From the NCBI GenBank assembly GCA_046760505.1, contig JBHIEG010000035.1:1-16972 (forward strand): 16,972 bases of DNA, read 5' to 3'. Shown here one piece after another: positions 16,663 to 16,972 of the stretch (positions within the stretch are counted from its first letter, which is position 1; the number at the start of each line of letters is the position of its first letter). A program made the position numbers and the translations under genes. Source of the DNA: Candidatus Hydrothermarchaeota archaeon (GTDB taxonomy: Archaea > CAYFZR01). The notes beneath the pieces are model-generated. The model was not told where the DNA came from, searched no databases, and worked only from the letters and a program-made list of their open reading frames with translations.

Positions 16663-16802
16663 TAGAAGGGGGTTTTAAAGTATTTTATTCTGTATTTACA
16701 CTATTTTAACTTATCACCCCCTTTCTAAACCCTAGAAGGGGGTTATATTGTAATTTATTCTGAATTTATCCTATTCTACCTTATCACCCCCTCTCTACAC
16801 CC
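16663..16802. repeat. Two tandem 70-bp units, each bounded by inverted G5/C5 repeats
   Basis: Units 16663-16732 and 16733-16802, 59/70 identical without gaps. Each reads TAGAAGGGGGT ... ACCCCCT(T/C)TCTA around an AT-rich core. Confidence 0.9.
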
Positions 16803-16910
16803 CCATATGAGAAATGGAGGGGATAAAGAAAGAGCGGATGAAGAAGTAATAGGCTTAGAGCAGGAAAGAGTAGAAAACATCTTCCGTTAATAAAATAATT
16901 TTAGATAGAT

Positions 16911-16972
16911 TTGCGGATGGAGCGAGCCACGCTCCATCGAACTTTTCCTAAAAGTTCGTTGCGGATGCAACG
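16911..16972. repeat. REP-like palindrome cluster, cut by window edge
   Basis: GATGGAGCG-AGCCA-CGCTCCATC (16916-16938), CGAACTTTT-CCT-AAAAGTTCG (16938-16958), CGTTGC-GGAT-GCAACG (16957-16972). TTGCGGATG occurs at 16911 and 16959. Confidence 0.75.

Noticed and set aside
16663-16802. 70-bp repeats as a CRISPR array
   Set aside because: The would-be spacers are homologous to each other, so this is a whole-unit duplication.
16807-16890. 27-codon ORF MRNGGDKERADEEVIGLEQERVENIFR
   Set aside because: Very short, no RBS, and embedded between repeat elements, so it cannot be supported.

Overview
AT-rich archaeal DNA, judged from TATA/BRE-type promoters, GGAGGTGA/GGGGTGA ribosome-binding sites, apparently leaderless genes and an archaeal-type tRNA fragment. 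It has three parts. (1) 1-3988 is the right end of a decaying island, closed by a degenerate 3' half of tRNA-Ile(GAT) that looks like an att site. It carries two HEPN->MNT pairs whose nucleotidyltransferases are both fused to an extra ~85-aa Cas2/VapD/PaaX-like domain. It also has a truncated tyrosine integrase, a frameshifted AbiEii-like remnant, a vapBC pair with an internally deleted toxin, and four 18-bp palindromes upstream of the second HEPN-MNT pair. (2) 4000-8940 has a small Cys-rich ORF missed by the ORF track, a decayed gene (possibly HNH-family), wHTH-Yip1 fusion + YbjQ, SpoIIM-like + exported protein, and an RNase Z-like MBL hydrolase. (3) 8963-16661 is a five-gene MoxR/DUF58/vWA operon with a divergent membrane-anchored coiled-coil gene. 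After it come two 70-bp tandem repeats with terminal inverted repeats and a cluster of hairpins at the window edge. All family assignments come from motif recognition, not database searches.
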